From an uncultured delta proteobacterium (GTDB lineage Bacteria > Myxococcota_A > Polyangia > Fen-1088), in NCBI GenBank assembly GCA_963737265.1, contig CAVTRY010000018.1:224001-288000 (forward strand): a stretch of DNA of 64,000 nt. The letters are read 5' to 3'. Under the pieces are notes generated by a model. It saw only the letters and a list, made by a program, of their open reading frames with translations, made no database searches and had not been told where the DNA came from. The translations under genes were made by a program, and so were the position numbers. This document shows positions 31,717 through 54,995 of this stretch, piece after piece (positions within the stretch are counted from its first letter, which is position 1; the number at the start of each line of letters is the position of its first letter).

Positions 31717-32124
31717 CTACTTCGCTACCATCTCGGGGGAGCTGTTGCGGGCAGCGTCGCCCACGATGCGACGAACTGCTCCGACGAGAAGATCGGCCTG
31801 GAAGGGTTTGACGATCCATCCACGGGCGCCCGCGCGCTTCGCCCGTGCGATGAGATCTGGGGTGCCATCGGTCGTCAACATAACCACGGGTACCGAGGGA
31901 GCGCGATGTTCGCCCTTGAACTTTTCGAGAAACTCGATGCCGTCCATGCGCGGCATGTTCACATCGCAGAGGATCATCGAGATTTCTGCGTGTGCGCCTA
32001 CGGCATCGAGTCCCGCCAGCCCATCACCAGCTTGAATAACATCGTAGCCGGCGGCGATCAAAACCGCCGATACCTGTTGGCGAACCGTCAGAGAGTCATC
32101 AATAACAAGGACGCTTGCTTTCAT
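31717..32124 (-). CDS. Single-domain CheY-like response regulator
   Basis: VIDDS, CDVNMPRMDG, MLTT and WIVKPF. Confidence 0.93.
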   Translation of the reverse strand: MKASVLVIDDSLTVRQQVSAVLIAAGYDVIQAGDGLAGLDAVGAHAEISMILCDVNMPRMDGIEFLEKFKGEHRAPSVPVVMLTTDGTPDLIARAKRAGARGWIVKPFQADLLVGAVRRIVGDAARNSSPEMVAK

Positions 32125-32140
32125 GGTGGATCACTCGCTC

Positions 32141-32680
32141 CTAGAACACGACGATGCTACCCTCGGAGAGCGCCGCCTCGGACGAGGAGCCTGGTTGGTC
32201 GGCGAGGCTGAAGCCCGCTCGGACGTCCAGCTCCAGCCAAGTTTCGATATGCATGTCGTCTATCCCGATAACGATCGGCGTTGGGATCTGCTTCTGCGTC
32301 TTGGTGATCCGCACCTGTTCCGCAACCATGCTTTGCGGCGAACCGACTGCAATCGCAAGGCCATATGCGAGCACGCGATTCTTGAAACGCCCGACTGCTT
32401 GGTTGGCTAATTCCCGTGCCCAATCCGCCAGGTCCCTATTGTTTCCTTCCGCCGGAATGGGGTGCAGTCGTGCGAACACGCGCGGTGGACCAAGCAGGGT
32501 AAATGAGCCGCGCACATCGTCGCTGCCGAATCCGACGAAGGCCGCCAGAACCTCACCCAACCCAACCTCGGACTCGCGCCCGGGCAAGAGAATCGGCTGG
32601 GCGCCGAGGTCGCGCACAAGCTCCGTCAGACAGACGGCGAGAATTTCGTTGAGGCGTTGTTCGGTGAATTTCCCAGACAT
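32141..32680 (-). CDS. CheX-like phosphatase domain protein
   Basis: AFVGFGSDDVRG...DWARELANQAVGRFK...GSP (E-x-x-N motif); adjacent to the CheY-like gene. Confidence 0.75.
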   Translation of the reverse strand: MSGKFTEQRLNEILAVCLTELVRDLGAQPILLPGRESEVGLGEVLAAFVGFGSDDVRGSFTLLGPPRVFARLHPIPAEGNNRDLADWARELANQAVGRFKNRVLAYGLAIAVGSPQSMVAEQVRITKTQKQIPTPIVIGIDDMHIETWLELDVRAGFSLADQPGSSSEAALSEGSIVVF

Positions 32681-32728
32681 CATAACTCTCGCCTTCGTAT
32701 TTCGACTTGTTGCCCCTGAACCTGTAGC

Positions 32729-34198
32729 TCAAGCGATCCCCTTTTTTTTGGTTCCGTCTTCCCCTGCAATCGGCAGTGTGAGAGTCCTGCGCATGGACTC
32801 GCCGGGCCGCGGCCGCGCGCCCATCACGACTCGATTTCTCCCGCCTGCTTTTGCCTGATACATGGCTTGATCGGCTCGGTCGAGCAATTGGTCCGCACTT
32901 TCCCCCGCAGTCATGCTGCAGGCGCCAATGGAAATCGTCACCCGAACCTCTTGGCCATCTTCGTCTTCCATGACCATTCCTTGCACGGCGGCCCGAATCC
33001 GCTCGGCGGCCATCTGGGCTCCTGCCTCCTCTGCGCCCGACAGGGCGACGACAAACTCTTCACCACCCCAGCGCCCAACGATATCCACCTTGCGCGCTTG
33101 GTGCTGAAGCAAACGCGCCAACGCGGACAGAACGCTGTCGCCGGCGGCGTGGCCGAGTCTGTCGTTGATCGACTTGAAATGGTCAACGTCGAGTAGCAGC
33201 AGCGAGAGGGCGTAGGCATGACGAATGCTGCGCGCGCGCTCCAGGTCAAGCGCGTTCAGGAACGCCCGTCGATTCATAAGACCGGTCAAGGGATCGGTGG
33301 TCGCCGCGCGCTGCGCTTCTTCCACCAGGGAGGTGATTCGCAAAGGTCCGCCCAATTCGCGCGAGATGATGTCGATGATGCGCGGGTCTTGAGGAGCGCC
33401 GTGGTCATTCTCGCAAAGCGCAATGCGAGCGATCGTGGCCGGGCCGAAGTTGATGCCGCGGACGAGCGATGGAAAGCAGCGTTCGTTCGACGCTGCGTCC
33501 TCGTCCACGATACGAAGAACGCTGTGGCCGGGTGGAATTTCCAATACCTTGCGCGCCTCGTTTTCGCTCTCTTCGGCAACAGCCGGGTGGCAATGCAATC
33601 CGATATGAGAAGGCGTGCCCACGGCAAGGGCCAGCCAGCGGTACGACACGACTTGGGAAACGAACTGGACCAACGCGTCGAAAAGATGGGCGAAGTCACC
33701 ACACGTCGACAGTGCGCGTACCTCGGACGACAGCACGGACTCAAACAGGGCGGCATCGAGATGCGCCGCAATGCGATCGCGAATATCGGAATCGGCGCCC
33801 TGCAGTTGCGTAAAAAAGGCGTCGTCGTCGACTGGACCAATGCACTTGGTGAGCGCCAGGACCAGGTTTCGCATCTGCCCTTTGACGACGTACGCCGCCG
33901 CGCCGGCGCGTTCGGCCCAGAAGCGATTGCGTGGATTGTCAGGCCCGCGCAAGATGACCGGGACGCGTTCGGTGGCGGCCTCGCCGCCCAGCAGGCGAGT
34001 CAGTTGTACGCCGGAAATCCCGTTCATCCACAAATCCGCGACGACGGCGGAAGGCGGGCTATTGAGTGCCGCGTGAGCGCCGTCGATGGGCCCCACGAAT
34101 GCCGTGACCCTGTACCCCTGCATGGATAGCCGCTCGACCAACACGTCGCGCTCCTCATCGTCGGGATCGATGATAAGGATGGGCTGACCGCTCGTCAT
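32729..34198 (-). CDS. Diguanylate cyclase with an N-terminal receiver domain
   Basis: REC domain (VVADLWMNGISG); TDPLTGLMNRR, DVDHFKSIND, RxxD I-site (RKVD) and RWGGEEF. Confidence 0.93.
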   Translation of the reverse strand: MTSGQPILIIDPDDEERDVLVERLSMQGYRVTAFVGPIDGAHAALNSPPSAVVADLWMNGISGVQLTRLLGGEAATERVPVILRGPDNPRNRFWAERAGAAAYVVKGQMRNLVLALTKCIGPVDDDAFFTQLQGADSDIRDRIAAHLDAALFESVLSSEVRALSTCGDFAHLFDALVQFVSQVVSYRWLALAVGTPSHIGLHCHPAVAEESENEARKVLEIPPGHSVLRIVDEDAASNERCFPSLVRGINFGPATIARIALCENDHGAPQDPRIIDIISRELGGPLRITSLVEEAQRAATTDPLTGLMNRRAFLNALDLERARSIRHAYALSLLLLDVDHFKSINDRLGHAAGDSVLSALARLLQHQARKVDIVGRWGGEEFVVALSGAEEAGAQMAAERIRAAVQGMVMEDEDGQEVRVTISIGACSMTAGESADQLLDRADQAMYQAKAGGRNRVVMGARPRPGESMRRTLTLPIAGEDGTKKKGIA

Positions 34199-34358
34199 GG
34201 CATTCTGATCGGTAGGAACCTCGGAGCCGTTAAGGACACACAGCCACCGACAAGGGAGCGGATTGACGTCGCATCGGGGTAGCCTAGTAAGAGCTTGTCG
34301 GTAAATTGCATGCCGCCCGAAGGGCCGGCACGCGGCTGGCGGTTCGCGGGCCGCGCGA

Positions 34359-34545
34359 GCGAGGGCGTGAGCGAGTTCGTGGGCGGCAAGCGACAGGCGG
34401 AAAGCGTGGGCGAGGGCGTGAGCGCTCCGCGAGTCGCGGACCGCACACGTCACCCATGTTCCCGCTTGCACAGCTTGCACAGCACGCAAGACGCGCACGC
34501 GAGCCGCGACACGCAGGTCGCTCTTGCTACCGCGACCGCTCACGC
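34359..34545. repeat. Intergenic repeats: GCGAGGGCGTGAGCG twice (34359 and 34410), an inverted CGCTCACGC at 34537, and tandem GCTTGCACA
   Basis: Read directly; function unknown. Confidence 0.5.
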
Positions 34546-34760
34546 TGGCCGATCTGCGCTGAACCGGAAGGCCCTCCCGCCCATGTGGGCCAGCCGTGTG
34601 AGCATCCCCTACGGGGGAAATCGGGAAGTTGGCCGCGCTGGCAGCGTGGCATGACCTGGCATCGCGATCTGCTCCCTGAATTCCCCGACAGACTCAAGCT
34701 AATCCCTGGCCGCGCGCCGCAAGCGCGCTAGGATTCGATCGTAAAGGAAGGATTTTCTAG

Positions 34761-36185
34761 ATGTTGCCCCTCTCGCCCAAGCTCAGCCAGCATTCCGAGG
34801 ACTTTATCGACGACGCCCATCTCGAAAAGCTGGCAGGCGGCGTCGGCCTGGTCGATGTGGCGCGCCTGCGCGACGTGATCGCCAAGGCGCTCGACAAGCA
34901 GGCGCTTTCGGTCGACGAGGCGGCGGTGCTGCTACATGCGCGCGATCCGGAGCTGCGCGAAGAGGTTTTCTCGGCGGCGCGCGAGCTCAAGCAGCGCGTG
35001 TACGGCAACCGCATCGTGCTGTTCGCGCCGCTCTACCTCGGCAATATGTGCGTGAACAACTGCGCCTATTGCGGCTTTCAGAACAAGAACAAGGACATGG
35101 TCCGCCGCACGCTTGGTATCGACGAGATCCGCGAGCAAGTGGTGGCGATGGAGAAGCAGGGGCACAAGCGCCTCATCGTCGTGTTTGGCGAGCATCCGCG
35201 CTACGACGCCGACTTCATCGCGACCTGCATTCGCGATATCTACGATGTCCACACCGGGCACGGCGAAATCCGCCGCGTGAACGTCAACGCCGCACCCTTC
35301 GATCACGCGGGCTTTAGGACCATCAAGGCCGCCGGCATCGGCACCTACCAGATCTTCATGGAAACCTACCACCACAAGACCTACGCGCGCGTGCACCCGG
35401 CCGGCACGCCCAAGGGCGACTACCAGTGGCGGCTCGATGCCTTGAGCCGCGCCTTCGAGGTGGGACAGGACGACCTTGGCATCGGCGCGCTTTTTGGTTT
35501 GGCGGACTGGCGCTTCGACGTGCTGGGTCTCGTCAACCACGCCGTCTTTCTGAAAGATCGCTACGGCTGCGGCCCGCACACCATCAGTTTCCCGCGGCTG
35601 CGCCCAGCCTCGGGCGTCGATCTCGGCGACGGCAATCTGGTCAACGACGAAGACTTCAAGTTTCTCATCGCCGTGCTGCGCCTAGCGGTGCCTTACACGG
35701 GCCTCATCCTCACCGCGCGCGAGACGGCCGAGCTGCGCAAGACCGCCATGGAATTCGGCGTCTCGCAAATCGATGCCGGCTCGTGCGTGGAGCTCGGCGG
35801 CTACACCGAACAGACCTGCGGTCAGCGCATGGAGCGCGAGCAATTCACCCTGGGCGACACACGCACGCTCGATAAGGTCATCGGCGAGCTGACGGAACAA
35901 GGCCATGTGCCCAGCTTCTGCACCGCTTGCTATCGCCTCGGCCGCACCGGCGAACATTTTATGGAATTCGCCATTCCCGGCTTCATCAAGCGCTTCTGTG
36001 CTCCCAACGCGCTGACCACGTTCATGGAATATCTCGTCGACTACGCCTCGCCGGAAACCGCCAAGTCGGGCCTGGCGCAGATCCAGGCCGAGCTCGACAA
36101 GATGGCGGACTCGCCGATGAAGCAGCAGGTCCTCGATCGCTTGGCCCGCATCCGCGAGACCAACGAACGGGACATGGTGTTCTAA
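34761..36185 (+). CDS. hydG: [FeFe]-hydrogenase H-cluster radical SAM maturase HydG
   Basis: Radical SAM motif CVNNCAYC, GIGTYQIFMETYH, GPHTISFPR, and the C-terminal C-x2-C-x22-C (FCTACYR...RFC) that separates HydG from ThiH. Confidence 0.93.
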   Translation: MLPLSPKLSQHSEDFIDDAHLEKLAGGVGLVDVARLRDVIAKALDKQALSVDEAAVLLHARDPELREEVFSAARELKQRVYGNRIVLFAPLYLGNMCVNNCAYCGFQNKNKDMVRRTLGIDEIREQVVAMEKQGHKRLIVVFGEHPRYDADFIATCIRDIYDVHTGHGEIRRVNVNAAPFDHAGFRTIKAAGIGTYQIFMETYHHKTYARVHPAGTPKGDYQWRLDALSRAFEVGQDDLGIGALFGLADWRFDVLGLVNHAVFLKDRYGCGPHTISFPRLRPASGVDLGDGNLVNDEDFKFLIAVLRLAVPYTGLILTARETAELRKTAMEFGVSQIDAGSCVELGGYTEQTCGQRMEREQFTLGDTRTLDKVIGELTEQGHVPSFCTACYRLGRTGEHFMEFAIPGFIKRFCAPNALTTFMEYLVDYASPETAKSGLAQIQAELDKMADSPMKQQVLDRLARIRETNERDMVF

Positions 36186-36400
36186 GCGCGGCTCTCGTGC
36201 GCGTGGTCGGTGCGCGCAACGCACCTAGCTTGGATTCGGCTGTTCACCTGCCGTTCCAGCTCGCATTTTTGCGGCGCCCGGGGCCTTGGGAAAAAACGCA
36301 GGCGGGCCGTGGGTTTCCCGATTCCGCCGGGGCGTTCGGAGCTATAGTCCTGGCCCTGTCTGACCCTCACCAAGCAGGCTCGGAGGATGGGATATCCGAC

Positions 36401-47637
<11,237 letters not shown>

Positions 47638-47679
47638 CGAGTTGGACGAGGTCGCGCGCCCGGCTTCACTCGTCCGGAT

Positions 47680-48895
47680 TCACTCGATCGTTCGGCGGGA
47701 TACGGCATCGACGTGTTCGACGACGGCGCGTGCGTTCATTGTCCGGGCGTAGACGTAGAGGGCCGCGGACGAGTCGTCGCCGAGGGCCTCCTCGCTGACT
47801 CGCAACGCTTTGCTGACCGCGAATACCATTCGTTCAGGCAGACCCGCGTTGGTCATCTCGACGCGCTTCCAAACCGCGTCGCGACTCCAAAAGCCGAGCA
47901 CTTCCAGAAACACGCGCTGGCCGTGCTCGCGGTGGACGAATTGCAAGTCAGGCACGCACACGCCGAGGCCCGGCAGATCCAAGATCGCGTCGGCCAACGA
48001 TACCTCCCAAGGCGACGGGTGCTTGCGCAGGTCGCCGAGCAGGGTTACCACCTCGTCGGGCAGGGCGGCCGGATTGCCAATTGGCTCGCCCGGCAGCGCG
48101 GGGGCATTTCCCCGCAGCTGGCAGCGCAGCGGGCGGCGCTCTCGACCCCAGCGCACGTTGGACGTTACACTCCATCGATCGCAGGCCATGATCGCGGGCA
48201 GGGCCAGCGCGAGCTTGAGGCCATACTTGGTGGTCTGCTCAAATAGGCTGAAGGGTCCGTCGATGTCGATGGCATAGCCTGCCCCTCCATCGAGCTTGGT
48301 CACGGTGTAGAGAAGTCGATGAAACTTGAGCTTGCGAAAGAGCGCACGGTAGCCGGCGGGCGTGCTGCTTTGCACGCGGGCCTGCATGCGGACGGCACGC
48401 AGGAGAACTGCTTGATGCTGGGCCAACTCGAAATTCGCAAGCAGATCGTCGGCGGTTGGCAGGGCGGCCCGACGGAGGACGTGGGCGCTCGGAAGATCGG
48501 CGTACAGCGCCTGTTCGAGGGCATCGACTTCCACGCCGCGGTGGTGGGCGATCTCTTGCAGCACGGTGTCTCGTGCGAAATCGCGCTCGCTTCCGCAACG
48601 CACGGTGGCCGCTCGCGCGAAGACCTCACGGCGTAACTCAGTCGGATCCACCGCGGAGCCGTCGTCGAATTCGCACGTATCCAGGGCGAGCTTGAATAGG
48701 GCGCGCGCCAGGCGGTTTTCCGTCGGTGCGACCGCCACTTGGCTCCAAGCTTCGAGGAGCGCCCCGCGCGGTTGCCCAAGATGAGCGCGGACTAGGGCGA
48801 GCGCGGTGGATGCCAGCTCGTTGGCGCGCGGTCGCTCGGCATCGGCCAGCGGCACGACATGTAGCAGATCGCCCCGGCGGCGAACGTGGACCAGG

Positions 48896-48909
<14 letters not shown>
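47680..48909 (-). CDS. DUF790 family (Bax1-like) nuclease
   Basis: MLTADL, LYADL, QAVLLRA, DGPFSLF..TTKYG and PD...EVLGFW. Confidence 0.9.
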
Positions 48910-50341
<1,432 letters not shown>

Positions 50342-50344
50342 CGA

Positions 50345-50914
50345 TTAGGGTCTGGCGCTAACGTCGGCCTGGCCCACGATGGCGATTAAGTCGTCGACCG
50401 CGACGAAGAGTAGGCTGGGGCGCTCAATCTTGTGGGCGGTCAAGCTTTCGGAAAACTCGAAACTCACATGAAAGTGGACGCCGTCTTTGGTCTCAAGCGT
50501 GAGGTCGATGGGATGGCTGACCGACACGCCGTGAAGCTCCACCGACGCCTGGACGTTGATTTTGGTTGTGCCGGCAGTGGTTGGCAATTTGAAGCCGGGA
50601 AGAGCCGCACGCACAGAGGCCCAAGGGTATTTCTCGCCCTCGACGACTTCCATCATGTGCGCGTCGCGATTGGTGTTGCCGCTGTCGAAGGTGCCGACTT
50701 GGGCACGCGCCATGACCTTCAATCCCGACGCATCCACGCTTCCGCGGACCGCCATGGCCTTGCTTACGCCAGCGAATTTGTGGAATTTGTGCACCATCTG
50801 GAATTCGACTGAACCGCTTCCGGAAAGCTGGGTCGTCTGCGCAGCGGCGGGCGTTGGCCGTGCTAGGGCTGCGGCCACTAGCAGTAGGAGGGGAAAGTAG
50901 CGCTTGCAAACCAT
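50345..50914 (-). CDS. YceI-like secreted lipid/polyisoprenoid-binding protein
   Basis: Signal peptide, FDSGNTNRDAHM, ELHGVS and HKIERPS. Confidence 0.88.
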   Translation of the reverse strand: MVCKRYFPLLLLVAAALARPTPAAAQTTQLSGSGSVEFQMVHKFHKFAGVSKAMAVRGSVDASGLKVMARAQVGTFDSGNTNRDAHMMEVVEGEKYPWASVRAALPGFKLPTTAGTTKINVQASVELHGVSVSHPIDLTLETKDGVHFHVSFEFSESLTAHKIERPSLLFVAVDDLIAIVGQADVSARP

Positions 50915-51137
50915 GATCTTGATTCCTTTCGGTGCGGTCAAAATTCCAGCCCCGCCCAATTGTCCGCCAAGAGGAATGTACCCTGTGATGGGATCCATCA
51001 GGCTCACGATCGACTTTAGGGCCCGTTCCACTTGAACTATGATGATTCACCCTGGTGATGCGTTTCATGTTTGGCATGCGTCGGTTAGCGAAAACTCGAG
51101 GATCTTCTAATTCGGAGAGCGTCTTCCGCATTTCCTT

Positions 51138-52631
51138 ATGAAGTCTCTCGGGTGGGGTCTTATCGCTGGTCTGTTGTTTTCGCTCGTCGCGTGGGACTTT
51201 GCCGTCGCGACGACCTTTCTCGGCGACGACTACATCTTTCGCGCCTTCGCTCGTTTTGAGCCGAGCCCGCTCGCCGCCTTCGTGGCCGACAAGCACGGCG
51301 GCGAGTACTATCGACCGATCGCCATGCTGCTCTGGTGGGTCGTCGAGCGGAGCTCGGGCGGCGGCGTCTGGGCGTACGCGCTCACCGCGCTTCTTCTCCA
51401 CACTCTGTGTGCCGTTCTTCTCGGGGTGGTTGGCCATGGCCTGGGATTTTCGCGACCGGCTGCGCTTTTCGCAGGCGTCCTGTTCTTCGCCGCGCCGGCC
51501 GAACGCGAAGCCGCGCTGTGGTTTTCCGCCAGTGCCGATCTGCTTTCCTCGGCCTGCATGTTGGGCGCCATTGCGTGCTGGCTTTCGGGCCAGCGATGGC
51601 GGCGTGCTGCTTCGGCTGTGCTGACGGCGATCGCGTTGCTTTGCAAGGAAACGGCCTTGGTCCTTCCCTTGCTGCTTGCCTCGGCCAGCTTGTTTTCCGC
51701 CCGACACCAGGGCAGGGCGCTTGCGCTTCGACGACTGCTGGCCGCGATCGCCCCTCACGCCGCCATCGTGATTGTGTACCTCGTCGCGCGCTCGCTGGTC
51801 TTGCGTGGGATCGGCGGCGCCAACGATCCTGTTGCACCCTGGTGGGGACGGTGCGTGCAGCTCGTGGGCGGGTTGGTTCACGCCGTAACCGCCTACGCGC
51901 CTCTGCCCGAGTGGGTGGCGTGGCTGGCGGGTGTCTCGATAATCGGTTGGGCGGCGACGGTGGCGTTGCGCAAGAGCCCGTGGGCCGGATTCGCCGTCAC
52001 TTGGGTGATCGCCACTCTCCTGCCGTTGCCTGCGGCGGGATGGGTCGTAGGGGCTCGCTACTACTATCTGCCGGCTGCTGGCCTCGTGCTCCTGCTTGCC
52101 ATGGCACTCCAGGCTACGAGCCGTCTTGCTGCGGCGTTTGCCCTGGCCTTCTTTCTCGGGCTCGGCCTTCTGTCGGGGCATCAGCGAGCGGGTGAGGTGG
52201 CCCTGTACCGTCAGGCCGTCGCTGCGGCACAAGCCGCGGTTGCTGATGGGATAACCAAGGGACACCGGCTGTTCCTGGTGCGAGGCGCGGTGAAGGACCT
52301 GGACCTCGCCATCAAGCTCGATTCACGCAGTCCGTCCGCGGTTCAGACGACCGTCTCGATACCCGATGTCCCAGCATCTTTCGTCTGGATGCCGCCCGAC
52401 CTTGCCGATCGCCTGGACTTTCTCCTCGCGTGTCCCGCTCTGCCGCCGTCGGGCGCCTATCGCTTTGGCGGCGAGAAAATCGTGGGTCTGGCACGCAGGG
52501 ACGAAGCACCAGACCTGGATGACGTGCTTGCCCGCCTGCCCGAGCTGCGAATGATTCAGATACTCCCCGACCGCGGGCGCTTTACCTGGCAGGATCGAAC
52601 GGAAGCCTTCAGGCGCGCGGAACAAGAGTAG
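51138..52631 (+). CDS. Multi-pass membrane protein, GT-C glycosyltransferase-like
   Basis: FLGDDY and YYRP in the first loop, LLCKETA, RYYYLP, many TM helices. Confidence 0.65.
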   Translation: MKSLGWGLIAGLLFSLVAWDFAVATTFLGDDYIFRAFARFEPSPLAAFVADKHGGEYYRPIAMLLWWVVERSSGGGVWAYALTALLLHTLCAVLLGVVGHGLGFSRPAALFAGVLFFAAPAEREAALWFSASADLLSSACMLGAIACWLSGQRWRRAASAVLTAIALLCKETALVLPLLLASASLFSARHQGRALALRRLLAAIAPHAAIVIVYLVARSLVLRGIGGANDPVAPWWGRCVQLVGGLVHAVTAYAPLPEWVAWLAGVSIIGWAATVALRKSPWAGFAVTWVIATLLPLPAAGWVVGARYYYLPAAGLVLLLAMALQATSRLAAAFALAFFLGLGLLSGHQRAGEVALYRQAVAAAQAAVADGITKGHRLFLVRGAVKDLDLAIKLDSRSPSAVQTTVSIPDVPASFVWMPPDLADRLDFLLACPALPPSGAYRFGGEKIVGLARRDEAPDLDDVLARLPELRMIQILPDRGRFTWQDRTEAFRRAEQE

Positions 52632-52693
52632 ATGTTGTCTTCTCGTCGCTCGCGGCTTGGCGTACCATGATTGTGCCGCTGCGGGCGCACACC

Positions 52694-53578
52694 ATGGCAA
52701 AAGCACAAACCAATCATATTGAACTGACCAAGGCAGCCATCGCTCTCGCATCGAAGCGAACCTTCGACCACCTGCTCTACGTCGGCGATCTGCTGCTGCC
52801 CGAGGAGGTTTTTCGTGGCAAGCCGGGCGCGCGCAAGAAGCTCGTGCAAGCCGTGGTCAGCGAAGCCCAGCGCGCCGTGGTCGAGGCCGCGGGTGTCCCA
52901 GTCATCCCCTTGCCGCAGTACGATCTCGGCCGCACCGAAAAACTCAAGCTGGCGCTGGTGAGCGGTATCGCGCGCGGGATCTATTCCGAAGGCGATGTCG
53001 TGGTGGCGCTTCTGTCCGCGCGGCCCGTGGGCAAGCCCGATTCCATCCTCGTCGTCAACGTCGGTCCGGATGAAGAGGACGTGGGCTTTGGCTTTTTGCA
53101 CACCGAAGGCGTTTCGCCCGAAATCCTGGAGGCGCTCATCGACCTGGCGGTCACCATCGGCGTGGAAGGGTGGGAAGGCCGCCCGGTGGGCTCGCTGTTC
53201 GTCATCGGCGACTCCAACAAAGTCATGGAGCAGTCGCGGCCACTCAGTCTCAATCCATTCCAGGGCTACTCCGAAGACGAGCGCAACATGCTGAACCCGG
53301 AAGTGAAACGTGCGTTGCGCGCGTTCGCCGTTCTCGATGGCGCCTTCGTGCTGCGCGAAGACGGCGTGGTGCTGGCCGCGGGTCGCTACCTCAACTTCGA
53401 AGAGAAGGACGTGCGCATTCCGCTTGGGCTCGGTTCGCGCCACATGGCGGCCGCTGGCATCACCCACGAAACCGAGGCCATCGCGGTCGTGATCTCGCAG
53501 ACCTCGGGCGCGGTTCGCGTGTTCCGCCACGGGCGCGCAGTGCTTGAGCTGGCGTCCCGAATTCGACGGTCGTCCTAG
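52694..53578 (+). CDS. Diadenylate cyclase (DisA_N/DAC domain, DacZ-like architecture)
   Basis: EGWEGRPVGSLF, LDGAFV, GLGSRHMAAAGIT and VISQTSG; soluble N-terminal domain, no TM segment. Confidence 0.85.
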   Translation: MAKAQTNHIELTKAAIALASKRTFDHLLYVGDLLLPEEVFRGKPGARKKLVQAVVSEAQRAVVEAAGVPVIPLPQYDLGRTEKLKLALVSGIARGIYSEGDVVVALLSARPVGKPDSILVVNVGPDEEDVGFGFLHTEGVSPEILEALIDLAVTIGVEGWEGRPVGSLFVIGDSNKVMEQSRPLSLNPFQGYSEDERNMLNPEVKRALRAFAVLDGAFVLREDGVVLAAGRYLNFEEKDVRIPLGLGSRHMAAAGITHETEAIAVVISQTSGAVRVFRHGRAVLELASRIRRSS

Positions 53579-54850
53579 TCCATCGCTTGACGGATCTTCG
53601 TCTCCAGCTCGGCCGGGGTGAGCTCGGATTGCTGGCGCGTCGTTAGATCGCGCAGGATGAGCTTGCCGGTTGCGAGCTCGTTGTCGCCCACGATGAGCGC
53701 CAGTCGGGCGCGCAGGGCATCGGCGCGCTTGAGCTGCGCCTTGAGGCCGACCTCGCGGTGTTCGATTTCGACTCGGATGCCGGCCAGACGTAGCCTTTGC
53801 GCGATGGGCAGGGCGAAAGCACGCGCTTTTTCGCCCAGGGTAGCGATGAAAAGTGTCAGGCCCGGATCGAAGCTTTCGGCGGGCGCCGTCATGGCGAGCA
53901 GGATGCGCTCGACGCCCATGCCGAACCCCATCGCCGGGACTTCCGGTCCACCGAGCGACGAGACGAGCTTGTCGTAGCGCCCGCCACCGCATACCGTATT
54001 TTGCGCGCCGAGGTCGCCGACCTTGGCTTTGATTTCGAAGATCGTGCCGGTGTAGTAGTCGAGGCCGCGCACGAGACGCGGATCGAGAACGCTCGCGACG
54101 CCCAGGGCGGCGAGGTGGCCGCGCACGGCTTCGAAGTGCTGCTTGGAAGCTTCGCCGAGAACATCGAGCAAAATGGGCGCGTTTTGCGCCAAGGCTTGCA
54201 CGTCCGGATCCTTCGAAATCGAGGATGCGCAGCGGGTTGGTGGTGAGGCGTTGGCGCGAAAACTCGTCGAGCTTGTCTGCATGCTGGGAAAAATAGCCGC
54301 GCAGGGCTTCGCGATAGGCGATGCGCTCGTCGGGTGCGCCCAGACTGTTGATCGCGACTTCGATGTCGTCCGGCTTGATGCCCAAGTCCGCGAGCAGGGC
54401 CACCAGCATGGCGATCATTTCGGCGTCGATGGCTGGTCCGGGCAGGCCGAAGACCTCCGCACCGATTTGGTGAAACTGGCGCAAGCGGCCGCGCTGGGCG
54501 CGTTCGTGTCTGAACATCGGTCCGACGTAGTACCAGCGCGTGACCGGCTCGCGGTTCCATTGCGAGCGGGAAATATAGGCGCGCACCGCCGACGCGGTTC
54601 CCTCCGGCCGCATGCTGACCGAGCTGCCGTCGCGGTCGTCGAAGGTGTACATCTGCTTTTCCACCACCTCGGTGGCCTCGCCCACCGAGCGCAGGAAGAG
54701 CGGCGTGTATTCCAAAATCGGCGTGCGCAGCTCGCGGTAGGAAAACGCGTCGAGCAGCGAGCGCGCCTTTTCTTCGACGTACTGCCACTTCGCCACCTCG
54801 GGTGGCAAGATGTCGTTCATTCCCTTGACGTTGGCCGGTAGCTCGGACAC
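53575..54850 (-). CDS. hisS: Histidine--tRNA ligase (apparent extra A at 54216-54218)
   Basis: GMNDILP, RPEGTAS, GPMFRHER, RQFHQ, VRGLDYY and GGGRYD. Correction restores NPLRILDSKD. Confidence 0.96.
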
Positions 54851-54995
54851 CGGGGCTTTATAGCATTTCGCCCGAGCTCGCGATCTACTCGACGCGGACG
54901 ACCGCCGCGCCCCACATGATCGCCACATCTGCGCGCCGAGTGCCTGGTTTGACGTGTTCCGCGCGAACCGTCATTCGGGTGTACACTGGTGCGGC

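Noticed and set aside
34645-34675. Sigma-54 promoter upstream of hydG (two TGGCA motifs)
   Set aside because: GG-to-GC spacings are 9 and 11 nt, not the required 10.
34761-36185. ThiH (thiamine biosynthesis)
   Set aside because: The C-terminal C-x2-C-x22-C extension and the 474-aa length fit HydG; no thi genes are adjacent.
35927-36400. N-terminal extension of the TPR ORF overlapping hydG
   Set aside because: It overlaps hydG out of frame and is not TPR-like; the ATG at 36401 is the plausible start.
52556-54928. 790-aa HisS fusion protein
   Set aside because: Read-through caused by the extra base at about 54217; the tail is antisense to the diadenylate cyclase.
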